From Bordetella parapertussis (lineage in GTDB: Bacteria; Pseudomonadota; Gammaproteobacteria; Burkholderiales; SG8-39): a DNA stretch of 64,000 bases. Shown here piece after piece: positions 53,114 through 64,000 of the stretch. Under the pieces are notes generated by a model. That model was not told the origin of the DNA. It saw only the letters and a program-made list of their open reading frames with translations, and searched no databases. The DNA lies in the NCBI GenBank assembly GCA_945862265.1, contig CAMAXP010000004.1, forward strand, positions 36,118 to 100,117, in the 5' to 3' direction. Within the stretch, counting starts at the first letter, position 1. Each line of letters starts with the position of its first letter. Made by a program: the position numbers and the translations under genes.

Positions 53114-54070
53114 TCAATCGACCTTGATGCCGCGCGCCTTGATGATGGCGCCCCAGCGCTCATACTCGCGCCGGATGTGAGCGGTGAACTGCTCCGGCGA
53201 ACCGCCGACGATCAGCATGCCGCGCTCCGCGAGCTTCTCGCGCACGTCGGGCATCGCCAGCGCCGCGTTGAATTCGGCGCTCAGTTTCGCCACCACTTCG
53301 CGCGGCACCGAGCTGCGCAGGATCAGCCCGAACCAGGTGGCCGACACCGCATCCTTGTAGCCCTGCTCGACGAAAGTCGGCACTTCCGGCACCAGCGGGT
53401 GGCGCTCCTGGCTCGAGATGCCGATGCCGCGCACGCGCCCACCCTTGATCTGCGGGATCGCCGCAGGCAGCGCGTTCACGCTGCCGACGATCTGCCCGCC
53501 AAGGAGATCGGTCAGCGCCGGCGTGTCACCCTTGTAGGGAATGTGCAGGAACGACGCGCCAGAGAGCGTTGCCAGCAGTTCCAGCGTCAGGTGCGAGTTG
53601 GTCGCGTTGCCGGAGGACCCGTAGGTGGCGGCGCCGGGCTTGGACTTCGCCAGGGCTACGAAGTCGTTGAAGTTCTTGATCGGCGAATCGGCCCGCACCG
53701 TAAGGATCGGCGGGATGCTCACGAGGTGGATGAGCCCGGTGAATTCCTTGGTCGAGTCGTAGGGCATCTGCGCGAACACGGCCGGGTTGGTCGCGTGCGG
53801 CACGGCGACCAGCACTATGTTGTAGCCGTCGGCGGGCTGGCCCAGCAGGTAGCTGGTGGCCACGCGCTCGTTCGCGCCGGGTTTGGGGTCGACCAGCACC
53901 GGCTGGCCCACGCGGGCCGACACCTTCTCGGCCAGCGTGCGGGCCAGGAAATCCGTAGGGCCGCCCGCCGCATAGGACAGGACGATCGTGATCGGCTTGG
54001 CGGGGAAGGTCTGCGCCTGCGCGGCAGCCGCAAGGCAAAGGGCGAGCAGGGCGGCGAGGAGGCGGGTCAT
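53114..54070 (-). CDS. Bug/TctC-family substrate-binding protein
   Basis: Trimmed from ORF 53114..55858 to MTRLLAALLALCLAAAAQAQTFPAKPITIVLSYAAGGPTD (318 aa). Confidence 0.85.
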   Translation of the reverse strand: MTRLLAALLALCLAAAAQAQTFPAKPITIVLSYAAGGPTDFLARTLAEKVSARVGQPVLVDPKPGANERVATSYLLGQPADGYNIVLVAVPHATNPAVFAQMPYDSTKEFTGLIHLVSIPPILTVRADSPIKNFNDFVALAKSKPGAATYGSSGNATNSHLTLELLATLSGASFLHIPYKGDTPALTDLLGGQIVGSVNALPAAIPQIKGGRVRGIGISSQERHPLVPEVPTFVEQGYKDAVSATWFGLILRSSVPREVVAKLSAEFNAALAMPDVREKLAERGMLIVGGSPEQFTAHIRREYERWGAIIKARGIKVD

Positions 54071-54241
54071 GGAGAGGTCGTCCTGGTTGGAGGCCGGGAA
54101 TTCTATCCTCCCGCGGTCCGCACGGGCTTGCATTCCGCGAAATGCCGCGCAGGTTCGCACCGCTGCAGGACATACACGCCTTACATGGGCACAATCCTCC
54201 CCGACTGCCCCGCCAACGCATTGCACGGAAAGGAAACGAAC

Positions 54242-55207
54242 ATGACACGCTGGCTCCTCACGACACTTGCGGGCGCATTGCTTGCCGTTGCTACCGCGCA
54301 CGCGCAGGACTACCCGTCCAAGCCCATCCGCATCGTCGTGCCTTTCCCGCCGGGCGGTCCCACCGACCTCGCGGCGCGGATCATCGCCGACACCATGAGC
54401 CGCTCCTTCGGGCAGACGGCGGTGGTGGAGAACGTCGCCGGCGCGGGAGGTGTCCTTGGCACCGAGCGGGTGGCGAAATCCGCGCCCGACGGCTACACGG
54501 TCCTGATGGGGTCGTCCGGGGCGCTGTCCGTCGCGCCCAGCCTGTACCCGAAGCTGGGGTTCGACCCGGTCAAGGACCTCGCGCCGGTTTCCCTGGTCCT
54601 CAGGATTCCCGGGTACCTCGTGGTGAACCCGAGCGTGCCCGTGGCCTCGGTGAAGGAACTGATCGACTACGTCAAGGGCAAACCCGGCCAGTTGTCCTAT
54701 GGCTCGGCGGGCAATGGGACTTCGCTGCATACCAACATGGAACTGTTCAAGACCATGGCAGGCCTGCAGATCCTGCATGTGCCCTACCGCGGCAGCGCCC
54801 CTTCGGCGGCAGCCGTCGTGGGCGGCGAGGTGCAGATGGCGATGGACATGGGGCCGGTCGTGCTGCCGCATGTCCGCACAGGACGGCTCAAGGTGCTGGC
54901 CGTCACCACCGATGCGCGCGCACGGACCCTGCCGGATGTGCCGACGATGGCGGAGGCCGGGCTGCCGGGCTTTTCCGCGTTCGCCTGGTTCGGGATGATG
55001 GCGCCGGCCGGCGTGCCGCGAGACGTGGTCCCGAAGCTGCACGCCCAGGTCGTGAAAGCCATGGAACCGGCCGACGTGCGCAAGCGCATGGAAGACCTCG
55101 GGGCGGAGGTCGTGGCCGGCACGCCGGAGGAGTTCGGCGTTTTCCAGCGCAGCGAGGTCGTGAAGTGGGCGAAAGTCGTGAAGGACGCAGCCATCAAGGT
55201 CGACTGA
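54242..55207 (+). CDS. Bug/TctC-family substrate-binding protein
   Basis: Trimmed to MTRWLLTTLAGALLAVATAHAQDYPSKPIRIVVPFPPGGPTD. GGAAAGGAAA RBS. Confidence 0.85.
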   Translation: MTRWLLTTLAGALLAVATAHAQDYPSKPIRIVVPFPPGGPTDLAARIIADTMSRSFGQTAVVENVAGAGGVLGTERVAKSAPDGYTVLMGSSGALSVAPSLYPKLGFDPVKDLAPVSLVLRIPGYLVVNPSVPVASVKELIDYVKGKPGQLSYGSAGNGTSLHTNMELFKTMAGLQILHVPYRGSAPSAAAVVGGEVQMAMDMGPVVLPHVRTGRLKVLAVTTDARARTLPDVPTMAEAGLPGFSAFAWFGMMAPAGVPRDVVPKLHAQVVKAMEPADVRKRMEDLGAEVVAGTPEEFGVFQRSEVVKWAKVVKDAAIKVD

Positions 55208-55236
55208 CCGCTGATGGCGGTCCTTAGAACGCGAGC

Positions 55237-56082
55237 CTAGAGCCCTAGGCGCTGCCAGATCGTTGAAACCGCACCCGCCTGGTTGAGGGTGTAGAAGTGC
55301 AGCCCCGGCGCGCCTGCGGCGAGGAGCTTGTCGCAGAGCGACGTGACCACGTCGAGGCCGAATGAGCGGATCGAGGCGGTGTCGTCCCGGTAGCCTTCGA
55401 GCTTGATGCGCATCCAGCGCGGGATCTCTGCGCCGCAGGCATCCGAGAATCGCGCGAGCTGCGAGAAATTGCTGATCGGCATGATGCCCGGCACGATCGG
55501 GATGGAGAGGCCTGCCGCCTCGCACTCGTCGATGAACCGGAAGTACGCATCTGCGTTGTAGAAGTACTGCGTCATCGCCGCGTTCGCGCCCGCATCGATC
55601 TTGCGCCTGAAGTTCTTCACTTCGTCGGCGGCATTGCGCGTCTGCGGGTGGTACTCGGGGTAGCAGGCGACCTCGATGTTGAACCAGTCGCCCGTCGTCT
55701 CGCGGATGAACGACACGAGCTCGTTCGCGTGCCGCAGCTCGCCCGCCATCGCCACGCCCGAAGGCAGGTCGCCGCGCAGGGCGACGATGTGGCGGATGCC
55801 GTTGTCCTTGTAGTGCGCGAGGATGTCCGCGATCTCGGCCTTCGAGGACGCGACGCACGACAGGTGCGGCGCGGCCTCGTGGCCGGAGGCGAGGATCTCG
55901 AGCACCGTGTCGAGCGTGCCCTGCTGCGTCGAGCCGCCCGCACCGAAGGTCACCGAGAAGAAGCGCGGCTTCAACTGCGCGAGCTGTTGCCAGGTCGCGC
56001 GCAGCTTGGCCTTGCCTTCCGGCGTCTTCGGCGGGAAGAACTCGAAGCTGAAGGTCTGCGCGTGCTTGCGCTGACTTTCCAC
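55237..56082 (-). CDS. metF: 5,10-methylenetetrahydrofolate reductase
   Basis: FSFEFFPPKT...FFSVTFGAGGST are typical MetF motifs. 281 aa. Confidence 0.9.
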   Translation of the reverse strand: MESQRKHAQTFSFEFFPPKTPEGKAKLRATWQQLAQLKPRFFSVTFGAGGSTQQGTLDTVLEILASGHEAAPHLSCVASSKAEIADILAHYKDNGIRHIVALRGDLPSGVAMAGELRHANELVSFIRETTGDWFNIEVACYPEYHPQTRNAADEVKNFRRKIDAGANAAMTQYFYNADAYFRFIDECEAAGLSIPIVPGIMPISNFSQLARFSDACGAEIPRWMRIKLEGYRDDTASIRSFGLDVVTSLCDKLLAAGAPGLHFYTLNQAGAVSTIWQRLGL

Positions 56083-56083
56083 T

Positions 56084-57517
<1,434 letters not shown>

Positions 57518-57548
57518 CTCGCGCTCCTTTCGGTTAGGAAAAAAGTTC

Positions 57549-57622
57549 GCGAGCGCCGTTGCGGTAGGAATTTCCCGAGCCTAGCGACAGGCAGAGAACC
57601 TGTCGTTGCAACGCTCCTCGGG
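57549..57622 (-). promoter_or_regulatory. SAH riboswitch (S-adenosylhomocysteine-sensing leader)
   Basis: The minus strand reads CCCGAGGAGCGUUGCAACGACAGG...CCUGUCGCUAGGCUCGGGAAAUUCCUACCGCAACGGCGCUCGC. The conserved GAGGAGCGYUGC, AGGCUCGG and CAACGGCGCUC elements are in order, ~30 nt upstream of ahcY. Confidence 0.8.
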
Positions 57623-57630
57623 AAACGCCT

Positions 57631-57659
57631 ATTCTACGCCAATCCCAGCGACTTTTGAA
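57631..57659 (-). promoter_or_regulatory. candidate sigma70 promoter for the ahcY-metF leader (TTCAAA-N17-TAGAAT)
   Basis: On the minus strand the -35 hexamer is at 57659-57654 and the -10 at 57636-57631. The -10 ends ~8 nt before the riboswitch 5' end. It lies 12 nt from the divergent 57671 start codon. Confidence 0.45.
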
Positions 57660-57670
57660 GACCCCGCACG

Positions 57671-58861
57671 ATGAAACCAGATTCCAGCCTGCCCAATGCA
57701 CGCGCGCTCGCGCACATCCTTGCAGTCGAACCCCTATGGACGGGCGTGTGTTCCGCCGCTGACGCCTTCGGCCTGCCCGATCGCGTGCTGCTGCATGCCG
57801 GACCGCCGTTGCCCGCCCCCAAGGCGCCGCCCCCGCCGATGCTGAACAGCGCGGTGCTGGCCTGCCTGCACGAAGGCTGGGCGAAGGACGACGCGGAAGC
57901 GGAAAAGCTGATTGCGGACGGGGCGGTGAAGCTCGAGCCCTCGTTCGCCCGGAGGGTATCCACCCCGCTGGTGTCCATGGTCTCGGCTCGCACCACTGTG
58001 GCGGTGATCGAGGACGCGGTGTCGAAGGCCCGGTGGTACTCGTTCCTGGGCACCGGCGGCGGCGCGCAGATGCGGTTCGGCTCGCGCGACCGTGCGATCC
58101 TCGACAAGCTTGCGTTCCGCGAGCGCGAACTCGCGCCGGGGTTTGCGGAGTTGCTGTCCGAGCCGGTCGACCTCCTGTCCGTTGCCCGTTCGGCGCTCAC
58201 CGAGGGCGACGACCTCCACAACCGGTTGTCCAGCGGGACGGCCGTGCTCCACGCGGTGCTCGGCACACGCAAGGCGGACTCGCCGGCCGCGCAGGCTGCA
58301 TTGCGCACGCTCACCGAGGCGCCGCTTTTCTTCCTCAACTTCTGGATGCCCGCCTGCGCACTGATGCTGGATGCAGCCGCAGGCGAGAAGGGCTCCTCGA
58401 TCGTGACGAAATTGTGTGCCAATGGGCAGATCACAGGCATCCAGTTGGCCGGCATCCCCGGCCGCTGGTTCACGGCGCCCGCAGCCACGGTCGAAGGCCC
58501 GTTCATGAAAGGCCTGACGATTCCTGACCCGCAGTTCCCGCCGGCCACCGGCGACAGCGGCATCATCGATGCGTTCGGCCTCGGCGGGCAGGTGTTGCGC
58601 AGGGCGCCCACGCTGCAGGTGGCGTTCGAATCCCTGCTGGCCAAGGACGACGATGCGCGAGCCCTCGCGATGGTGGGTGCCAGGCACCCCGTCCTCGGGG
58701 TCGAGGTAGGGCTGGACGCGGCGGCGGTCGTTCGAGGCGGGAGGTCACCGCTGCTGTCGACCGGCATGGTGGACCCGCTGGGCCGCGGATTGCTGGGGCG
58801 CGGGCTCTGCACGATGCCCCTCGCGCTGTTCGAGGAAGCCGTCCGCGCGCTCGGCGAATAG
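57671..58861 (+). CDS. DUF1116 / AllG (YlbE)-family protein
   Basis: LLHAGPP, ACLHEGWAKDDAEAEKLI, FFLNFWM, GIPGRWFTAPAATVEGPF and GDSGIIDAFGLGG align with E. coli YlbE/AllG (LLHAGPP, ACLFEGWAKDEAQA, FFLNLAM, GERWFTAP, GDSAITETFGIGG). Confidence 0.7.
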   Translation: MKPDSSLPNARALAHILAVEPLWTGVCSAADAFGLPDRVLLHAGPPLPAPKAPPPPMLNSAVLACLHEGWAKDDAEAEKLIADGAVKLEPSFARRVSTPLVSMVSARTTVAVIEDAVSKARWYSFLGTGGGAQMRFGSRDRAILDKLAFRERELAPGFAELLSEPVDLLSVARSALTEGDDLHNRLSSGTAVLHAVLGTRKADSPAAQAALRTLTEAPLFFLNFWMPACALMLDAAAGEKGSSIVTKLCANGQITGIQLAGIPGRWFTAPAATVEGPFMKGLTIPDPQFPPATGDSGIIDAFGLGGQVLRRAPTLQVAFESLLAKDDDARALAMVGARHPVLGVEVGLDAAAVVRGGRSPLLSTGMVDPLGRGLLGRGLCTMPLALFEEAVRALGE

Positions 58862-58874
58862 GCGGGCCGGAAAA

Positions 58875-58905
58875 GAAAAAGCCCGGGCAGGCCGGGCTCT
58901 TTTTC
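58875..58905. terminator. bidirectional rho-independent terminator
   Basis: AAAAAGCCCGG-gcagg-CCGGGCTCTTTTT lies between the convergent AllG-like gene and metK. Confidence 0.75.
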
Positions 58906-58950
58906 TGCGGAAGGGGGTACGGGGGAAACCGTCCGGGTTTCCCCTGTGCC

Positions 58951-60111
<1,161 letters not shown>

Positions 60112-60210
60112 GTCGCTGCCGCCTGAAAAAGTGGGAAATTGGCTCAAAAAGAGGCGGCAAGGATACCAAACCTTGACTGAATTCCCAACCAGCACGTCCC
60201 ACATGACGCT

Positions 60211-61053
60211 ATGTCGCAGGCGCTGATGCGTTTTGCGGCCTGCCTGCCGCTCGCGGTCCTGCATGCAGCGGGGTGGCTGCTGGGCTGGTTGATGTACCTG
60301 GCCTCCCCGCGCTATCGCGCACACCTGGCGGAAAACCTTGCCATCGCCGGGCTGGGGGGCGATGCGGCCGTGCGACGTGAAGCGATTGCCTCGGCCGGAC
60401 GCTTGCTCACCGAACTTCCCGCGCTCTGGCTTCGACCGCATGCCGCGGTGGTGGGGCTGGTCCGCGAGGTCACGGGCTGGGAGCTGGTGACGCGTGCCCA
60501 GGCCGCCGGGCAGGGCATTGTCTTCCTGACCCCCCATCACGGCTGCTTCGAGATCAGCGCGCAGTACGGAGCGGCGCATTTCCCGATGACCATCATGTAC
60601 CGGTCGCCCAAGCTCGCATGGCTCGAGCCGTACATGCGGGCCGGGCGCGAGCGGCCCGGGGTCAGGCTTGCGACCGCTGACCGCAGCGGCGTGCGCGACC
60701 TGCTCGCGGCGCTGAAGCGTCACGAGGCGATCGGCATCCTTCCTGACCAGGTTCCCGGCAAGGGCGAGGGCGAATGGGCGGAGTTCTTCGGCCAGCCCGC
60801 GTACACGATGACGCTGGCCCCGCGCCTGGCCGCGCGGGAGAACGTGGTGTGCCTGGTCGCCTTCGCGCGCCGCCTGCCCTGGGGCCAGGGCTATACGCTG
60901 TCCATACGTGCGCTTGGTGAAGCACGGGCGGGGGAGAGCGAAGCGCGCCGCCTCAACCGGACCCTCGAGGACCTGATCCGCGAGTGTCCCGGACAGTACC
61001 TCTGGGGCTACAACCGCTACAAAACCCCGGCCGGGGCGAGCGACCCGGAGTGA
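60211..61053 (+). CDS. lipid A biosynthesis (LpxL/HtrB-family) lysophospholipid acyltransferase
   Basis: 280 aa with an N-terminal membrane anchor and the HHGCFE (HX4E) acyltransferase motif. Confidence 0.8.
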   Translation: MSQALMRFAACLPLAVLHAAGWLLGWLMYLASPRYRAHLAENLAIAGLGGDAAVRREAIASAGRLLTELPALWLRPHAAVVGLVREVTGWELVTRAQAAGQGIVFLTPHHGCFEISAQYGAAHFPMTIMYRSPKLAWLEPYMRAGRERPGVRLATADRSGVRDLLAALKRHEAIGILPDQVPGKGEGEWAEFFGQPAYTMTLAPRLAARENVVCLVAFARRLPWGQGYTLSIRALGEARAGESEARRLNRTLEDLIRECPGQYLWGYNRYKTPAGASDPE

Positions 61054-61060
61054 GCTGCCA

Positions 61061-61930
61061 ATGAGCCGGCTGGTCTTCGCGCTGATGTGGCTCGTGCATT
61101 GGCTGCCGATGTGGGCCATTGCCGCCGTTGGCAATCTTGCGGGCACCGTGGCCTTCTGGCTGATCCCGGAGCGACGCAGGGTCACGCGCATCAATCTGGC
61201 GAAATGCTTCCCGCAGATGCCTGCAGCCGAACGCGAACGGCTTGCGCGCGCCCATTTCCGCGCGTTCATGCGCAGTTTCGTCGAGCATGCGCTGCTCTGG
61301 TGGGCTTCGCGGGACCGGATCATGCGGCTGGTCAGGCTGGAGGGTCTGGAGCACCTGCGCGCCGCGGCGGGGCACCCGGTGATCCTCGTCGCGCCCCACT
61401 TCGTCGGCCTCGATGCCGCCTACACGCGGCTGGGGTGCGAGATCGAGATCGCCGGGTTGTATGCGCACCAGAAGAACCCGGTTTACGACCGGTTGCTGTT
61501 GCGCGGGCGGACGCGCTTTGGGTTGTCGCAAGCCATTCCCCGCCAGGATGGCGTGCGCGCAGTGATTGCCTCGATCCGCTCCGGCCGGCCGTTCTACTAC
61601 GCGCCGGACCTCGACTTCGGCCGCAAGGACGCGGTATTCGTGCCTTTCTTTGGCGTGACGGCGGCGACGATCACCGGCGTCTCGCGTCTCGCGAAGCTGA
61701 CACGAGCAAAGGTCCTGCCCTGCGTGGCACGCATGCTGCCGGGAGGCGGCGGGTATGTGGTCACAATCCTGCCTGCATGGGAGAACTTCCCCACGGACGA
61801 CTTCACCGCCGACACCCGGCGCGTGAACGCGTTCATCGAAGAGCAGGCGCAGTCGATGCCGGAGCAGTACTACTGGGTGCACAAGCGCTTCAAGACGCGG
61901 CCGCACGGCGAGGCTTCGCCCTACGAATGA
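61061..61930 (+). CDS. lipid A biosynthesis lauroyl/myristoyl acyltransferase (LpxL/LpxM family)
   Basis: 289 aa. APHFVGLD (HX4D) motif and C-terminal [10 protein letters not shown], typical of LpxL. Confidence 0.8.
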   Translation: MSRLVFALMWLVHWLPMWAIAAVGNLAGTVAFWLIPERRRVTRINLAKCFPQMPAAERERLARAHFRAFMRSFVEHALLWWASRDRIMRLVRLEGLEHLRAAAGHPVILVAPHFVGLDAAYTRLGCEIEIAGLYAHQKNPVYDRLLLRGRTRFGLSQAIPRQDGVRAVIASIRSGRPFYYAPDLDFGRKDAVFVPFFGVTAATITGVSRLAKLTRAKVLPCVARMLPGGGGYVVTILPAWENFPTDDFTADTRRVNAFIEEQAQSMPEQYYWVHKRFKTRPHGEASPYE

Positions 61931-61963
61931 CGCGAGGCTTGGTTTTACGCCTAGAATCCCCCC

Positions 61964-62377
61964 ATGTTCAGCAATCCCCCGCCGCAGGCCCTCCGGGCGC
62001 TGCTCAAGGACGCGAAGACGATCGCCGTGGTCGGCATTTCGCCGCGTCCCGAGCGACCCAGCCACCGCATCGCGGCGCGGCTGCTCGAGTGGGGCTATCG
62101 CGTGATCCCGGTCCGCCCGGCGATCAGCGAGGTGCTCGGCCTCAAGGCCTACGCGAGCCTGTCGGACGTGCCGGAGCGCATCGACCTCGTCGACGTTTTT
62201 CGCAACCCCGAGGATGCGGGTTCGATCGTCGATGAATGCATCGCGCTCAAGCTGCCCGCCGTGTGGCTGCAGGAAGGCGTGGTCAACGAGCCGGCCGCAG
62301 CGCGCGCGCTGGCCGCCGGCATGACCGTGGTGATGGACCGCTGCATTTCGGTCGAATACCGCAAGCTCCTTGCATGA
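61964..62377 (+). CDS. CoA-binding protein (YccU/YneT-like)
   Basis: [34 protein letters not shown]...VDVFR is a CoA_binding_2 pattern. 137 aa. Confidence 0.8.
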   Translation: MFSNPPPQALRALLKDAKTIAVVGISPRPERPSHRIAARLLEWGYRVIPVRPAISEVLGLKAYASLSDVPERIDLVDVFRNPEDAGSIVDECIALKLPAVWLQEGVVNEPAAARALAAGMTVVMDRCISVEYRKLLA

Positions 62378-63204
62378 AGATCGCGTTCGCCAAAATGCAC
62401 GGCGCGGGCAACGATTTCGTCGTGTTCGACGCGACATCGAGCCCCTTCGGGCTCACCGGCGAGCAGTTGAAGGCGGTCGCCGACCGGCATTTCGGCGTCG
62501 GTTGCGACCAGATCCTGGCCGTGGAAAAGGCGTCGGGTCCGGCGGCGGACTTCCGCTACCGGATCTTCAACGCCGACGGTGGCGAGGTCGAGCAGTGCGG
62601 CAACGGCGCGCGCTGCTTCGTGAAATTCGTCCACCAGCGCGGGCTCACGTCCAACCGGCAGATCCGGGTCGAGACGCTGGCGGGGATCATCGAGCCGCGA
62701 CTCGAGGAGGACGGCGAGGTCACGGTCAACATGGGGGCCCCCGTGTTCGAGCTCGCAAAGGTGCCCTTCACGGCGCAACGGGCCGGGCTGGTTCACACGA
62801 TCGAAGTCGCCGGCAAGCCGGTGGAGGTGGCCGTGTTGTCGATGGGCAACCCGCATGCGGTGCAGGTCGTCCCGGACGTGGATTCGGCGCCGGTGGGCAC
62901 GCAGGGCCCCGAGGTCGAGCGCCATCCGGCCTTTCCCCGGCGCGTCAACGCAGGCTACATGCAGGTCGTGGATCGCCACTCGATCCGCTTGCGGGTGTTC
63001 GAGCGCGGGGCGGGCGAGACGCTGGCCTGCGGCACAGGCGCCTGCGCGGCGGTGGTGTCCGGCATCGCGCGCGGCCTCCTCGATTCCCCGGTGAAGGTCG
63101 GGACGCGCGGCGGAACATTGACCATCGCTTGGGCGGGCGGCGACAATCCGGTCTGGATGAAGGGCCCCGCCATCTCCGTATTCGAGGGAACCATTGAACT
63201 CTGA
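62374..63204 (+). CDS. dapF: diaminopimelate epimerase
   Basis: Trimmed to [19 protein letters not shown]. The catalytic Cys contexts EQCGNGARC and [10 protein letters not shown] are present. ATGA overlap with the upstream gene. Confidence 0.9.
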   Translation: MKIAFAKMHGAGNDFVVFDATSSPFGLTGEQLKAVADRHFGVGCDQILAVEKASGPAADFRYRIFNADGGEVEQCGNGARCFVKFVHQRGLTSNRQIRVETLAGIIEPRLEEDGEVTVNMGAPVFELAKVPFTAQRAGLVHTIEVAGKPVEVAVLSMGNPHAVQVVPDVDSAPVGTQGPEVERHPAFPRRVNAGYMQVVDRHSIRLRVFERGAGETLACGTGACAAVVSGIARGLLDSPVKVGTRGGTLTIAWAGGDNPVWMKGPAISVFEGTIEL

Positions 63205-63862
63205 CGAAGCCGAGCAGTACCTGAAGGACCACCCCGACCAGTTCGCCCGGTTACTCGCTGACCTCCTTGAGCGGCAACCGGGGGTGCTCGATTCGATGCA
63301 GGTCCCGCATCCCTACGGCGGCCGCGCCATCCCCCTGTCCGAGCGCCAGACGCTCGGATTGCGCGAGAAGGTCAAGCTGCTCGAGGGCAAGCTCGCCGAG
63401 CTGATCCAGTTCGGCGAGGAAAACGACGCGATCAGCGAAAAGGTGCATCGCGTGTCTTCGGCGCTGCTTGGCGCGAAGAATTTCGCCGCAGTCGTGCATG
63501 CGCTGTATTTCCACTTGCGCGAGGACTTCTCCGTGCCGCATGTGGCGCTGCGCCTCTGGGGGCAGTCGCTGCTCGACGGGACCCTCGAGGGCGCCCCGGT
63601 GACGGACGAGCAGCGCACGCTGGTCGACACCATGGGCGCGCCCCAGTGCGGACCGGCCGAGGGGAGCCCGTTCCTGCCCTGGTTCCGCGAGTCGGCCGAG
63701 CATGTGCGCTCGATCGCGCTGATCCCGCTCGGCTCCACCAAGGCATTCGGGATGCTCGCCCTGGGCAGCGAAGACCCGCAACGCTTTTATCCTGAAATGG
63801 GCACGCTCTACCTGCGCCGGATCGGGGAACTCGCGGCCGCGGCCCTGTCATCGAGGTTGTGA
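63194..63862 (+). CDS. DUF484 family protein
   Basis: 222 aa with a TTG start. It occupies the conserved position between dapF and xerC. Confidence 0.7.
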   Translation: MNSDEAEQYLKDHPDQFARLLADLLERQPGVLDSMQVPHPYGGRAIPLSERQTLGLREKVKLLEGKLAELIQFGEENDAISEKVHRVSSALLGAKNFAAVVHALYFHLREDFSVPHVALRLWGQSLLDGTLEGAPVTDEQRTLVDTMGAPQCGPAEGSPFLPWFRESAEHVRSIALIPLGSTKAFGMLALGSEDPQRFYPEMGTLYLRRIGELAAAALSSRL

Positions 63863-64000
63863 TGGCGTCCGGCGTCACTGGGGCCGGGACCGCGCACCCA
63901 GACGCCGGCCTAGTGCGGGAGTACCTCGGGTCGCTCGCACACCAGCGGCAGCTCGCCCCGGTGTCGATCAGCAACTACGCGCGCAGCCTTGCGCGCCTGC
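63862..64000 (+). CDS. xerC: tyrosine recombinase XerC, N-terminal fragment (runs off the window end)
   Basis: [46 protein letters not shown] is the N-terminal core-binding domain pattern. It follows the dapF-DUF484-xerC synteny. Confidence 0.75.
   Translation, partial: MASGVTGAGTAHPDAGLVREYLGSLAHQRQLAPVSISNYARSLARL

Noticed and set aside
54071-54241. GCATT-N6-AATGC and related short dyads between the divergent Bug genes as operators
   Set aside because: The arms are only 5 bp and GC-context matches are expected by chance. There is no adjacent regulator gene to support a call.
53114-55858. 914-aa ORF and similar long N-terminal extensions (58951..61323, 25853..27460, 37374..38891, 39500..41755, 23077..24243, 32131..33285)
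   Set aside because: The upstream parts overlap neighbouring genes and translate to low-complexity sequence. Internal starts give canonical N-termini (signal peptides, Met[19 protein letters not shown], and so on), so the genes were trimmed.
60112-60210. Possible SAM riboswitch in the metK leader
   Set aside because: I could not find SAM-I, SAM-II or SAM/SAH conserved blocks by eye. There is only a weak 7-bp stem with a long loop. A covariance-model search would be needed to overturn this.
63862-64000. Tyrosine recombinase as a marker of a prophage or integrative element
   Set aside because: The N-terminus and the dapF-DUF484-xerC synteny identify housekeeping XerC. There are no phage genes, att-like repeats or a tRNA nearby.

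Overview
High-GC (roughly two-thirds G+C by eye) chromosomal segment with a Burkholderiales/Comamonadaceae-like gene repertoire. I found no rRNA, tRNA, CRISPR array, transposase or phage integrase. The window breaks into five parts. (1) 1-10.8 kb is housekeeping: slt, an NDUFA9-like SDR, two GSTs, cca, a C13 peptidase, a diheme cytochrome c, a DUF185 methyltransferase, pteridine reductase and ttcA. (2) 10.8-16.7 kb is a czcCBA-type HME-RND efflux operon whose last gene is a translationally coupled PII-like protein. (3) 16.8-23.0 kb is a compositionally atypical insert. It carries two tandem paralogous genes for ~850-aa secreted proteins with 18 conserved cysteines that I cannot assign to any family. 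It also carries a sensor-kinase remnant and an RHH/PIN toxin-antitoxin pair. This is the best candidate for something undescribed. (4) 23-50 kb is an almost entirely minus-strand catabolic array. It holds acyl-CoA ligases and dehydrogenases, amidohydrolases, DUF1028, HyuA/HyuB, a deacetylase, Hyi, a TPP enzyme and two IclR regulators. Orphan Bug/TctC solute-binding genes are interspersed (7 in the array, 9 in the window), and no TctA/TctB is present. (5) 50-64 kb starts with a Cro/YdaS-like HTH reading in-frame into a class-V aminotransferase behind a leaderless-type promoter. It continues with an SbtA/SbtB-like pair and two divergent Bug genes. It ends with the methyl-cycle genes metF-ahcY (with an SAH riboswitch) and metK, an orphan AllG/DUF1116 gene, two LpxL-family acyltransferases, and dapF-DUF484-xerC. 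Many long antisense shadow ORFs typical of high-GC DNA were discarded.
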